Shown here: positions 10,500 through 23,765 of the stretch, piece by piece | Position numbering within the stretch: position 1 is the stretch's first letter | How the letters are laid out: every line of letters begins with the position of its first letter | Assembly: GCF_035594765.1 (NCBI RefSeq) | Contig: NC_085844.1 | Location: 160,658,107 to 160,722,106 of the forward strand | DNA: 64,000 bases | Direction: 5' to 3' | Source of the DNA: Anolis carolinensis | Taxonomy: Eukaryota | Notes under the pieces: model-generated | The model's input: the letters and a program-made list of their open reading frames with translations, nothing else | What the model was told of the DNA's origin: nothing | Databases searched by the model: none | Program-made: the position numbers and the translations under genes

Positions 10500-12250
10500 C
10501 ATCACCATCATAATAGCTGTGACTGCAAATCAGGACTCATCGTAAGAATGCATCCCCTTGGCTTCCAACTCCTGAGACTTTGGTGTTTGCTGTGCAAAAC
10601 AAGGTCACGGTCATTGCACAGTAGACCCAGTAGAGCCTGTTGCGACAACTCATTTGGCAAGGCTGATACAGCTGCATCCCCACTGGAAGTGGAGAGAATA
10701 TAATCAGGATCCACTGACATGAGATCACCACCAGTTGATCCAAGGTCCAGGTCCTGAGCATGCAAGTTGCTGCCTCCTGCTCCCCGCTTACTCTGCTTAT
10801 TCCACTCTAGAAGGGAAACACATGCTCACAAATCTTTAAAACTTCTTTCATAAGGGGTTGAGATCCCCCAGAAGCCTGACTGAAAACTTCACCCTTCTCT
10901 AATGCCTGAATGCACTTTAAAAGATTGAGCTGTGCTGTATAACCCACATCCTCATCAGAAGGGGAATCCACTTCCTCAGACACTGGCCATTTTTGTGGCT
11001 GCTTCTTAACAGGGCCTTTGCCTTTTGGACCTCCCTTCCCCTTTTTGTCTGGCATGACTAATCTTGATATAAACTATATCCAACAATGAACTATTGAAAT
11101 AACATGCCAACTGCAATGATCATGATGTCAAAGAACACAATAAGTCTTATCTACCACTAAAAACCATCACAACAATGTATTGATATTATTGCTATTATTA
11201 TTATAAGCAGTAATATTAGTACTGGAAGTATCCCTTATAGTAAAAGTTTGGGCAAGTCACACTATCTCAACCTAAACAGCTTCATATAATGGCCATTGCA
11301 TGATAAGAAGGCAGATGCTAACAATATGTACACCACTTTTTTTCCCAGTCTATGAATGGGACGACCATTAAGAACTAATATTAAGTACAACAATGTGTTG
11401 TTGTTATTATTCGCAGTAGTAGTAGCACTGCAAAGATGCTTACTGCAAAGACCACTTGTAGCGACCAGGGATCTGTAGCATCATGTAACAATAAGCCACA
11501 AGATAGTTATTAGGGATTCCCACCCCAAAACTTGAAAGATTGGGTTAAGTCACACCCTCTCAGGCTCCAAAAGATCCACAAAATGGTCACTTCGGAATGG
11601 GAAGGCAAGTGCCAACAAAGTGACCACCACTATTTTCCCACCAAAAGATGTCACAAACAAAATGGTTGGTGCTCCTATTCTTGTGCCCAAAGAAATGTGC
11701 ACCACAAAATAGCTAGCACTTCTCACCCAAACAAAATAGTGACAGGGCCCTCAAGGAACCATGGGGAATGCAGGAGAGTGCAGGGCTAAACGCAGCGAGG
11801 AGAGCAGGTGCAGTGGAGCTGGCTGCCCACTTGCCATAGGGCAATAAAGATAGAGGACTCTGGGAAGCATGCTCTGGGGCAGCTAGAAAAAAACCCCAGG
11901 CTAGGAAAAAGACCCTTGGACCCAAAAAGGAACCATGAATGAGGGAGAGCACGATGCTCTGCAAATATACAACAAGGGTGAAGCAGTGTGATGGAGCTGG
12001 CCATCCTCTCAGCACAGGGCAATCAGGGAAGGCTAGAAGATCTGTGGCCCTGTAACGGAGCCACAAATGAGGGAGAGCATGAGGTTCCCCAAACCCGGCG
12101 GAAAAATTGTGGAATGACCAGGCTACCACCTTATCTACCACTAAATGACCAGGCTACCACCTGGTCATATTTGAGGGATATTCAAAATGAACCACTGAAT
12201 TTTACACATCACTTTCATTCAGACTGATTTGAGCCCAACCCTAGCATGTG
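10500..12250 (-). mobile_element. Degenerate 5' remnant of a second, divergent Ngaro-type element (leader plus Gag N-terminus)
   Basis: ORF 10807-11055 MPDKKGKGGPKGKGPVKK..SPSDEDV..AQLNLLKCIQALEK aligns with MPPKKNVGGPKGKGPAKK..STEDEDSAQLLGVLVARIEALER at 56432. Outer boundaries approximate. Confidence 0.7.
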
Positions 12251-14234
12251 GCTGCTTTACGTAACTCAATTAAGCCACGTCCCTTCACCCCATAGTATCA
12301 AACAACATATACTTTCAGGTCCCCCCGGATGCCTACAAATAGATTTATTCTCTGCTTTACAATGGAGTAAATGGGCTTACAGGAAAGTTTTATTTTTGGT
12401 TTTTATACTATTTTTCATATTTATGGAAATGTATGCTATTTTCTATGGATTGGATGCATGGACTCTGATCTTTCTAACAAAACAAGGGCATTGCATAGGG
12501 TGGGTGTTGCTGCTAAGATATATCTGTGCCGATAGCTGAAGCTGTTGCATTCTATTAATTTGCACTGCAACTTATTAGTCTGAAGTTTTTGTGTTATTTC
12601 ATTCAATCAGCTGAAATGACAAATTAAGCACATTGTCCAAAATTAACATAGTAGTCACGTCTAACTAACATCATCACTCTCAAGGTAACCTTAATTTAGA
12701 CACTCAAAAGAAAGAAAGGGGGAGTAACTTGGATAGGCTCTTTCGCTGAATAAGTGTTTTTTCTGGTGCTATCAAACTGGGAATTCTACTTTCTTCACTG
12801 AGTGTTCTCATTCTGTCCTTTCATACCCTTCAGGTGCCAGATTATTGCTCACATCAGAAAAGGAATTTGATTAATCACTAGTCATATGTTTTATTCAAAA
12901 ACTGTATCCTCTGTATTTCAGTCAGAGAAAATTAATGAGGAAAAACCCAACTAAATTATGCTGAAGATCTTTGTGACTTGTGTTTTAAGATTGTTAGATT
13001 GATTGGAAAGCCTTTCTTTAAAGAATCAAACAAACCGATGCTTTGTGACCCGCTTTAGCTTTATTTGAGTATAGATTTTATAGAACTTGCTTGATCTCTG
13101 ACTCTCTCTCTTCCCAGGTCAGAGGACAGGCATATTTTGCTGAAAACCGAACACCATGGTTTCTTGTATTATTTTTCATATTGTTGTAGGCACAGTTCTT
13201 ATCTTTTTGTAGTACAAGTCTTGCTGCAGAGCAAAAAACAAAATACCTTGATTCCTTAAAAATGAAGTCACATTTTACAAAAGAAAAATACAAGCAAACA
13301 ATTTAAATGCAACATTTAAACCCAAAACAAAATCCTGAACTTGAATGTGCATTCATCCAGGATTTATCAAATTTTTGCTTTTACTATGTCTGTATTATCA
13401 GCAGAAGATTCTGATCTGAAGTCCTTACTGAATACACATGATTGGGCTTTTAAAAAAATGTAAATGATCTTTGAACTTTGTGTACCTATTATTAGAAATA
13501 ACATTAAAACGGATGTAAATATGATAAATTTCAAACTTTGGATATAAGGACAACAATCTTCTAGTGCAGTTGAAAAACAAACCAAGACATATGGAAAACC
13601 TAGCAACTGAAAGGGGGGAGGAAATCACTTTTCCACGATACTAATATAGATTTTTCTTTCAGAATCTAAATATATTGCATGGTAGCATTCTTTAAACCAG
13701 AACTTGAAATTAATTGGCTAGAGTTCTTAAATGCCAAGTGTAGTTAGTTATCTTTATAGCTACATATTTAAAGAAATAGTTTACTTTCTTATAATTCAAA
13801 GGTAATACACTATTTTGAAGTTACATCTTTGGATAAAACATTTTTGCATACGGTATGTATGGTGAAGCTTTGTACAATTAATAACAAAACAGCTATGCTG
13901 AAGATGGAATATCATTATTTCTAATTATTTTAGAATCATAAGGTAACTTAGATATGCTTAAGTGATTATGAAAATAATTAAGTTGACATAGACGGTAACA
14001 GGTATGAATTTATCTGCTATATCCAAAATTGATGCAATGCCACATTCTGTTGCTAATATGGTGTCATTCTGCTTTAATTAGTCACAGAAACAAATCCATG
14101 GTATCTATTATGTTTGTACAGGAGGTTCTCAGTTAACTGGCACTCATGGAAATCGGTAGATACCAGATACATGTTGTTTTTGGCTGCTTGATAGTTACTA
14201 TTAAAAATAGGCCTATCTCATACTATGCCCCATA

Positions 14235-14292
14235 GGTAAAGGTAAAGGTTTCCCCAGACGTTAAGTCCAGTCGTGACTGACTCTGGGGGTTG
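14235..14292 (-). mobile_element. Sauria SINE / BovB-type 3' end fragment
   Basis: ggtaaaggtaaaggtttccccagacgttaagtccagtcgtgac is the reverse complement of the (ACCTTT)n-tailed end seen at 34380-34431. Confidence 0.8.
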
Positions 14293-14408
14293 TCTTCATT
14301 TGCTTTTTATTACTATATTTAAATTAAGTATTAATGGTATACTATGCCCCATAGTATACCATTAATATTTAATTTAAATATAGTAATAAAAAGCAAATGA
14401 AGACAACC
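14288..14408. repeat. 121-bp palindrome (59-bp arms, one mismatch, 3-nt loop)
   Basis: ggttgtcttcatttg...ggtatactatg CCC catagtatacc...caaatgaagacaacc. Confidence 0.95.
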
Positions 14409-14759
14409 TTAACTTAATGTAACACAGTTAACTGTTATATAAACATTTTAATTTTGTATTTAAACTATTATTTCTTTGATTCTTTTTGCTGGTTGTTTGA
14501 GATTTTCAGTTACTTGAGAGTCTACTGTATATATATTTTACATATCTTATAATAACATGAATCAAACATCAATACAAAGACATACTGTCTTTGGGTAGTT
14601 GGATGCTACCTTCACACAGAATAAGGCAACTTACATCTACATCAAATGGTGTTGAAAATCTGAATCACGACCAGCAAGTGGTTTTTCTATATCACAGGAC
14701 CTGACCCTCTTCTCTGGTCCTCCTCAGAGCAAGAAGGTTCAACCTTACAGTTTTTCCAT

Positions 14760-14762
<3 letters not shown>

Positions 14763-14801
<39 letters not shown>
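14763..14801. repeat. (TA)n microsatellite
   Basis: Direct observation. Confidence 0.95.
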
Positions 14802-14804
<3 letters not shown>

Positions 14805-15204
14805 CCTTCTATTATAGACTGCTTTGGAGTGGCTTTTGTAAATTAGTTTGTGTTCGAATAAGAGTTTTTTGGTTGAATCTCAGTTCCATATCCTGTTTGA
14901 AACACTTTATTAGCTCTCACAACAATGTTAAAATCAGAGATGGAAAAATGTATGTTTTTATTTCCAATGCCAAATTTGCAAAGCTTCATTTCCAGCAAGG
15001 CTTTTTGTTTGCTTTGTTAGACATGGGATGTGTTATTTGAATGACATGCTCCCAGCAACTGTGTTTGATGCTCAGCTTATCATGCCTACTGATATCACAG
15101 GGGTGTTATAACCGTGAAACCTTGAATCTAGGATTTGAATTCTCAGGACCTGGGACATTCCTAAACTATTTTTTTCCTACCATATGTATATAAAGTATAG
15201 TATA

Positions 15205-15709
15205 TCTATATATAAAAAAGAGTGATGGCATCACGGCGACCCATAAAACAACTAAACTACAAGCTCCCCAACCCCGAAATTTGACAACACAACCCATCAT
15301 CCACGCCTCTAGGTTGATACAACAAAAAGCAAAGAAAAATAAAGTCCTAATTAGAGGGAGAGAAATAATTGTTTTTATCCAATTGCTGCCACTTAGAAGG
15401 CTCTAAGCTCTGCCCACTTGGTCTCCTAGCAACCCACTCAGCCCAGTGTTAATAAAAGAATAAAAAAAAATAAATACAAATAATACAATAAAAAATAATT
15501 AAAAACACTAAAAAATTAATACAATAAAATACTATAACAAAATAACTAAAAATAATACAACAAAATAATAAAATATAATAAATAAAAAAGATAAGTTACA
15601 ATAAAATTAATTTAAAAAATACAAATAACGTCAAATAAAAATTCCACAACAACTTTTAACCAATAGCACCACCACTTTGCCACAGCAACGCGTGGCCGGG
15701 CACAGCTAG
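15205..15709 (+). mobile_element. Non-autonomous Helitron
   Basis: 5' TC (tctatatataaaa), 3' CTAG, inserted between A and T with no TSD, subterminal hairpin gccac..gtggc, A-rich interior. Confidence 0.8.
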
Positions 15710-18700
15710 TAAAGTATAAAAAGAAAGAAGTTTATAACTGCATTCACACTAATGCCAGTGCAGGGTTGAGTAACTGCTCTAAATTGGGTAGGAGATTATT
15801 ATTATTTTTTGTCCCAAATTGGTCTGAAGGCTTCATGAACTGTCAAAAATGACAAAAACTGGAAACAAACCAAAACTATAAGGCAAAATCCATTTCTAAT
15901 TTTGGAAGAAGGACAAATTTTGAAGTCAAACAATACATGTGAATTATATAACTTGCTACTCTTAAAGGGTTCCAGGAAATGTAATTCCCTCCTACCTTTC
16001 CTGACTAGAATAAATGCAATTGGGAGATCTGAGGAGGTATCTAGGACCACAAAAAGAAACCTTGGGGGCCACATGCAGCCTCATGGCTTTACTTTACACA
16101 TCTGTACTGCATGGATGCAAGCTTGAAGCGTTGCAAGTGTTTCAAATTCCAAGCAGAGTATGTATGTAATTCCAAGAAAGATGGAGCACTTGTGTCAGCC
16201 AGCAGTCTTGCTCTTTATTTTAACACTACCCTTACAACCCTTGAGGGAAATCAGCCATCTCTTCTGTCAGCACATATTAGTGAAACAAAGGCAACAAGCA
16301 GTAATAGAAGTGAACATGGCGCTGGCCAATTAGTAACTCAAGGGTAAAAATGGTAATGTGACATGCATACATTCGATCGGTACTGCCAAATCATTTTGTG
16401 TTGATTGCTGCAAATAACGTGACTGTACGTTTCATTATTATTAAAAGAGGAAGAATTAAAAATAGCCAGAGGCATAATCTGTCTGTAGTGCAGACCACAG
16501 TGAGGGGAAAAATACAGTGGTTTAAAACAAGTCCTAATTAGTACCCCAATGACCAACACAGCTGAAACCTGTTAATGCCAATTTCCTGCGGAATCTACAA
16601 AAGAGTCTTTTAAACCAGGTGTGAGAGTGTATTTATTTATTTATTTATTATTTAAACCAGTTCCCATGAAAACTTATTAAACAGAAACCTTAACAAAATT
16701 GAAATATTTCGTACAGTCTCTTCATAAAACAAAATTGCCAAGAAACCAATTTTTCTTTGATTTCCCGTGGCTTGGGCATTCAGTGAGTTATTCAAATCCT
16801 TAAATAGTGCTGAAATCCTGATGGTTGAGGCATACTGAAGCTTTTATTCCCAGTGCTTCAGATCTGAAGCATGTATCAGAGGTTTTCATTAATGTTTTCT
16901 TTTGCTGTAAAGGCCAATGGTAATGTATTAAGTGCCAAAAATAATAGGATTTTTTGTACTAGGATATTCATTATACAAAAGGTCTTGCAAGTAATAAATG
17001 ACTTCTAAACTGTTTGAGACTGAGGACATAAGCTACTCATCTTTTTACCCTATTTGGCATAAGTCAGCTTTGCCTCCAGAAAGGCAACAATTCAACTACA
17101 GAAGCCAGATGTCCAGGCCTTTCAATGCTGTCCACCGCCTTCGTATTAATAACAATGAGATTAATCATCAGATCAGAAAATATGACATGAAGAATGGAAT
17201 ATAAATCTTTCAAGCAACCAATACAGTTGTACAGATTAGAAGGAGATATGAAAAGCAGAGACAGTTACACTTTAATCAACAGGACAAGAATAGGGAGCTA
17301 CGTGTTCCTAACACAAAAACCTAAGTGGCTTTGGCAACAAAAACCTTGTGTAAAAATTCTGATGCTGAATGTCATGGTGAAGTAAATGAGAAGACAGCTG
17401 CAATTCAGGACTCTTGGATGAGCATGCTGACCTGACATGTATCACAGAGGCTGAAATGTATGTGTGAAACACAGAGGTGCTACTGTCTATCAAAATCCCA
17501 TCCACCTAACCACACAATTTTTTGAGTTCATGGGTTTTTAATGTCTATGGAACATATATAATGAAAGTTACAACTGGCTAGATCTTTACTCACTCACTCA
17601 CTTATAGGATCTATCGTCGTCAATGGCTTTCCTGTGCAATGGCTTTCCTGTAAAATCACAACAAAATAAGGTATTCTGTTCCCATCACAATGCGTGTGTA
17701 AAAGAACAAGGAAGATGGATAGAGGGAAGTCATATACTTTTGATATGGTATAATGAGTAGTATGACAATGCTTTGTATAATGACTTAGAAAAACCAGCTT
17801 GTCCCCTACTATGTAATTAAACTCAATATATAACATGGGACAAATCACTCTCAGACTGCAGAATTGTTATGGGGATAACATGTGACTAGGACAGTCATGT
17901 ACATCATATTGAAATCAATTGACTTGACAAAAATCTAACAAATGATAGGTTTTTTTACATTTTAAGAGGATTTTTTGTGCCATACCACTACTTTTCATCA
18001 CAGAAGCAGTTTCAACTAGATTTGCACACAATTGGTATAATTCCAATGAGCCAGATGATTTAAATTATTTAAATATTTTTTATATTGTTCAATATGGCTT
18101 AAGCAAATAATAATATCTCTTCATTACCTTTTTTCTTTCTTTTTTCTCTTTTTATTGCACTCACTTTTATATATAGGAATTGAGTAACATTCAGAATCAA
18201 AGCAAACATGTAACTACCTAGATCTATTTAATATGCAAAAGGAAGCAGTTGAGATAAGGGAATTGAGTTAAAGCAAAGCAAATCTAATGGGAAGAATGTC
18301 AACATCATATCTTTCTCTACATTTCCATATTATGTGGAAGTTCCAAATCTGAAATATGCAATAGATAACATACATTGTCCTGGCAAGAGCTGTGTTAATA
18401 ATGGAAAAGAAGCTCACCGAAGCAAGCAAGAAAGTGCAGGTAAACTAACAGCAGGAGATACCTCAAGGGAAATGTTTCAGGACTTCTAGGTTTTCAGTCA
18501 TGGTGCTTAAAATTTCCACAGGTAAACAGCTGTCAGGCTGAACTCCCATGCAGTTGTGGATGGAGTAGGTCAAAAACAAGAGTTATTTGAATAGCTTTCT
18601 GTAATTTAACAGGAGTAGAACTCTAAATCTCTTTAACCTGCAAGCAAGCTTTTTATAGATGCTTTTGAAATGACCTACTAATTTTTACAGATGAAAAACA

Positions 18701-19395
18701 AATCTTCCAGTGACACTAGCCCTGAGATTTGTCTACCTGGATTCAATGCCATGGAATCATGGGAGTTATAGTTTTTCAGGGTACTTTGCCTTCATTGCCC
18801 CAAAGTGCTGGTGCCTCACCAAACTACAGCTCCAAGGATTCCACAGCATTGAGTATGGTACAGTACTTGCACTAACCTGTAGATAAGCTGGCTCAGTTTT
18901 TGGGAGTTCATTTTTTACTAAAATTTCTAGACTTATACATTAATATGTACAGTCTCACTGATGATTGCCAGTCTCCACATATTGGTCATAATTTCCCGAC
19001 TGCCAAAAGAAGAGGCAAGAACAAGTATGTACATTCCATTCTCCCTGTCAAAATACTGTTAGACCATTCAGTGAAATTGGCTGCAGTTCTGAGGCTAACA
19101 GAAGTTGTTATTTCTTCATTCCACAAATAGTTATATTTTTACATTGCAATGTTTGCAAGGGCTGTTCATTTGCTGCACTCCAGACTTATATCAAATATGT
19201 ACAGCATATGTGTAACATGGGTAGGAAGAGGGTGCTGATTTTATTGTCAGTACACCCCCATGCCCTGCTGTTCAGTTCCTCACAGTCAGGTGGAACATCA
19301 GAAAGTGGTACCTCTTCCCTGAAATGGCAAGGAAAGTAGAAGTGTTCATGAGAGAGAAAGATGTATAAGATATGGGTTTTTTTCTGCCTACCTTA

Positions 19396-20008
19396 AGCTG
19401 TATCTACACTGCCAAATATTGCAATGTGGGTATCTCATTAGCAGGTTACATTCATAAAAGGGATGAAGGTTAGCTAATATGATTTAAACTGGAGTAAACA
19501 GTTTACTGCGGTTGCACCCTGGGTTAAAAAAAAACACCAGGGAACGTCTGATCCTTCTCCAAGATTTGGATGTTCCCCTGTTTTGGGTCAGTGGAGACAG
19601 CCATCCTGGATCCAAATGCAAGATCCAGTATCGTGTCCTCACAGCCACTCCATGCTCCCTGGGCTCAGGCAGCCCAGGGAAGTGGGATGGAAGTCCCTTC
19701 TTGCCCTCCAGCACTCAAATCCCCCACCCCAAAAGCAAGGAAATCTCCCCTTACCAGCACTGCCTACTCTTCCTGTTTCATCATCATTCTGTGAACTGGC
19801 AGCTTTGGAGAAGGGGGTTCACTCCTCCCAAGCTGCTTTGCCCTTTTCAGGAGAATTAGGGTGCTGGGGTTTGGAAATCTACTTCATACTCCACCCAGCT
19901 GAACCCCCTTTGGCAGCTCAGGGCATCCTTGTATGGCCTCAATGCGTCGTGGAACCATCATTTTTATGCCAGTTCTGAGCCACATTTTGTGCTTGTGTAG
20001 ATGGGCCC
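19396..20008. mobile_element. Possible Harbinger-like MITE
   Basis: Imperfect inverted ends (gctgtatctacac / gtgtagatgggccc) around a GC-richer interior. Confidence 0.35.
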
Positions 20009-20774
20009 TCAGTGATGCTCATCTGTGCTTATACAGCAGAAACTTCTGAATAAATATAAATGGCTTAAACTGGAAGTAGTCAAAGTCCTGATATTTATTT
20101 TCTTTTTCTTTCTTTTTTTTTAAGCTAGTTTTCTAGAAGTAGAAAACTGCAGCATTGAAAAAGAGAATTATACTCCAGCCCTTCTTCCTGATACTCTGTT
20201 AGCTCATACCTTTTTCTTGGCAAAAGGCTCCCTGCTTTTCTTCACCAATCCTTTCTCTGCAGCTTCATCTTCCAACAGCACACATCCCCACCAACAACAA
20301 AGCTTGTGCTTCTTTAGTTCTCTTACAGTTCCTCCACCCTAGCTTTAGATTGCTTAATGCTATCCAGGTGGTTTGACTCAATGCGTTTTGGCCCTGAACC
20401 TTACACTTACTTGTTGTCACTTAAGAAATGATATAATGTAAAAACTCTGACATTTTCTCCCCTAGTATGGATTTCCTCCTTACCAATGTGCCCCATGCCT
20501 TGGAAGCCTAGGAGGGAAAGACAAGAAAGGCAGCCAATTGTATTCAAACCTTAGGTTCACTCTGATTCACCAATGTGAATGGACCAGAAGGAAAACCTCA
20601 GGCGCAGTTTATAAAGGGCCTTATTCCTCAGTTGCCTTTAGTAAGTGAAGGTGAAGGTGAAGGACTGAGAAGGAGAGAAGGGGAGACAGCAGAGAAGAAT
20701 GGCAAAGAGCAAGAGGGGAGTGAGAAGAGGAAGAAGGAGAACTGGCAGAGATGATGCATCTGACACTATGGGAA

Positions 20775-21436
20775 TTTTTTTTTTTGAAATAAAAAGTGCG
20801 GAAGGTAAAAAGTTTCACACTGGGCAAAGCTGGAAAAAAATGAGGGGGGGAGGAAATGGGGGAGGGGAATGGGTGCAGAAAGAAAAAGAGAGGACAGAGA
20901 GGAGAAAACAACCCCCAGTACTTCCTTTCTTCTTTACAGTGGGGTCAGCTAGTCTCATGTTTGAATGTCTATGTTTCTCGTGTCATTGTTTACTCTTCTG
21001 TGAATGCTTCGATCTTCTCACGCTCTTTTAGATTAGAATCTTTAACTTATTTTCTTTCATCCATTCTTTAAAGAGGGACCAGTCAGTTCTGTTTCTAACC
21101 TTGCCCTGTGATTTAGCTATCAGGGAGATCAGCTGGTCCATATTCATGATGTCTAGCATCTTTTCAATCCACTCTTCTTTTGTTGGTGTTTGTTTCTGCC
21201 TCCATACTCTTGCATAGATAGTTCTTGCTGCTGTTGTGATGTAGATAAAAAGCTTGTCTTTATTCAGATTCCAGTCCATGTTCATTATTCCTAACAAAAA
21301 AATTCTGGTTTTAGGGGTATTTTTGTTTTTAGTAATTTTTTGGTTTAGTTCATGGATTCCCTTCCAGTACAGTTTGGCCTTATCACATGACCACCACAAA
21401 TGGTGGAAAGTTCCTTCTATTTTCTCACATTTCCAT
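20775..21436 (-). mobile_element. L1 LINE 3' fragment (ORF2 C-terminus, 3' UTR, poly-A)
   Basis: WKCEKIEGTFHHLWWSC..YWKGI..FLLGI..TAARTIYARVWRQKQTPTKEEW is an L1 ORF2 C-terminal Cys/His region; poly-T on + at 20775-20785. Confidence 0.85.
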
Positions 21437-23290
21437 AGTATGCATTCTCTTGAAGTGACTACATTTAGCTTACTTGGATTTAATGAGAAGTAAAGGGATA
21501 TTTAGTATTCTAAACCAGAATTATGTCTGTACTGGAAGATGAAATCCTTTCTTGAGTGATTCTTGTATCGTACATGGGACCACTTAAAATTCACCTTGAT
21601 GCCTACCATTGTTGTATAGACTATGCTGCTTCCATTGGTCTCAAATAAAAATGTGGTTTTTTCCATTATGCATTTTCATGAGTGCTTTCTGTAAAATACA
21701 TAGTATCAAAAAGTGCAGTAACTGTTGCCTAGCTACATTAGAAAGCATTCCACTTATTTGATAATTTTGTGTTTATGTGTCTTCTAATCAATCGCCCTGT
21801 TCTCCTGTGCATGCTGTGATTTTGTATGCTTTCCTTCCCAAAAGAAAAATACACTTGCTTTATGTAAAAATAGTTAATTCTATTTTGTACAACTTGAGAA
21901 CTCTCCCCCACCAAAAACGGTATCAGCTTTATGCTACAGTTTAGATTTCACACAACAGCTAGAGACTCCTTGAGGTGTTGCATCAGCACTCTCACATAGC
22001 CAGTGTCAGCTAAAATCTCAGCAATGGTAAAAGATACTTCAGTTGTATACACACACAACTGTTAGTTGCTCCCCTATCATCTATTGTATTGTTATGGTAC
22101 CCTTCCCCTCCAATACATGGAGAACACTTACCTAGGTCCGTGTGCTATGTCTTCCAGCTATTGATAATGTTTTATTGCAACTACTTTTGGTCTCCACAGA
22201 CAAGTCAACAACAGGTGTGGGTGTTGCACTTTACCCAGTTCTGTGCAGATAATGTTTGGCGGTCCAAACCTTAAAATAGGTAAAGCAATGACTGAGGCAC
22301 CATTTCCCCATGGAATTCCCATCATTTTCTGGATTACCTCTTTTGCAACCTCCCATATGAAAGATGTGTGATACTGTCTTTACACAGAGTTGATGCCATG
22401 AGGAATATACAACTGTGTTCCTGGAACTTCCTCTGAGCCATATGGCCTCCCAAAAATGTCAGAATAAAACAGAACTGGATATCAATGGATGCCACTTCCA
22501 AGTTTTGAAAAAAAGATTTGTTGCTCTCCCATAGGTGGAGATATATGTTTTCAGGTCTTTGGGTTAGTGTCGGCCTAGGTGGACACAGCCATTTTTCCAC
22601 CCCCTAAAAGAGGAAGTAGGCCTCCTTGAGATACCTCTCACATGTCTCATAGCTCTCAGTGTGGTCATACCTGTGTGGGTATTAGACAGCAATGTGACCT
22701 CTACCCATTCCTGAAGTAGGCTTTAAATGGAACAGCATATTTATCTAAATCCATTCTTAACTGAACTATTTTCCCTACCTACCAACCACTGCTGTGAAAA
22801 GCAAAAGGAAAAGCCTATTCTTGGTCCCTCATACCTCCTTAAGGAAATATCTCACAGATTTTGTACGCTCAAGGCATGGGTGCATGTTTGAGCACAGCCC
22901 AGTCTTACTATGAAGCTTCTGGTTTCATTGAGCATGAAGGGCTGTGTAGAGCTCTGTTACTGTGTTCTATTGGACAGTTACAACGCTCCCATGACTGGGA
23001 ATGTTAATAAGTCCCAATCATGGGAGTTCTCTAACTATATTCAGCTGAACCCCTGAAATGAATTTGACACAGACAAGGAATAGGATGTGCAGAGATCTGC
23101 ACAGCTGCTAGATATGAACAGGAAGGCACTTGCATAAAGCTAAAGTGTTACCTTGATTTAATCTATTTCACCACTTCAGCCCTAGTTTTCTGGATTCCTG
23201 GGGGTAAGTAATTTTTCCACACTGCCCTGTATTGAATTGATATTTGGTTTCCCATGTACCTTTCAACAGGAACTATCCATTATCTTAGAC

Positions 23291-23630
23291 CAGTGGTTCT
23301 CAACCTGTGGACCATAGCCCAGCAGTGGACCGCAAGAACAAAAATCAGGTCCATGAACTTCCTTCCTCTTTATTTATTTAATTAATTTTATTCCCACTCC
23401 TTTCTGCAGAGATGACCATTGCATTGGATAGACCACATAAACTCTAGATTATTAAATATGGTTTTCTGTGGGCAAGCAGATGGCGACTACTGGATGGCAT
23501 ATGTTCTGTATCAGAAACTAGAAATAATGTGATCTATGCAATGCATTTTTCTGAATCGGCACCCCAAATAATCAAACTGAATCTAAAGTTGACCAAAAAC
23601 TGATTTGTGACCCTTTCAGTACTAATGTTG
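23291..23630. mobile_element. hAT-family MITE fragment
   Basis: Starts cagtggttctcaacctgtgg (hAT TIR), preceded by tcttagac; right TIR not found. Confidence 0.6.
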
Positions 23631-23707
23631 GACAATTTCATCTGAAATGAGGATATGACTGCATAGAACCCAAGGATCTTGATGCTATCAGATTGCAAGA
23701 CATGCAG

Positions 23708-23708
<1 letters not shown>

Positions 23709-23764
<56 letters not shown>

Positions 23765-23765
23765 T
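23709..23765. repeat. (ATT)n microsatellite
   Basis: Direct observation. Confidence 0.95.

Noticed and set aside
12760-13630. Possible host exons (AG-preceded short frames on both strands)
   Set aside because: No recognisable protein and no consistent exon chain; needs RNA-seq or tBLASTx.
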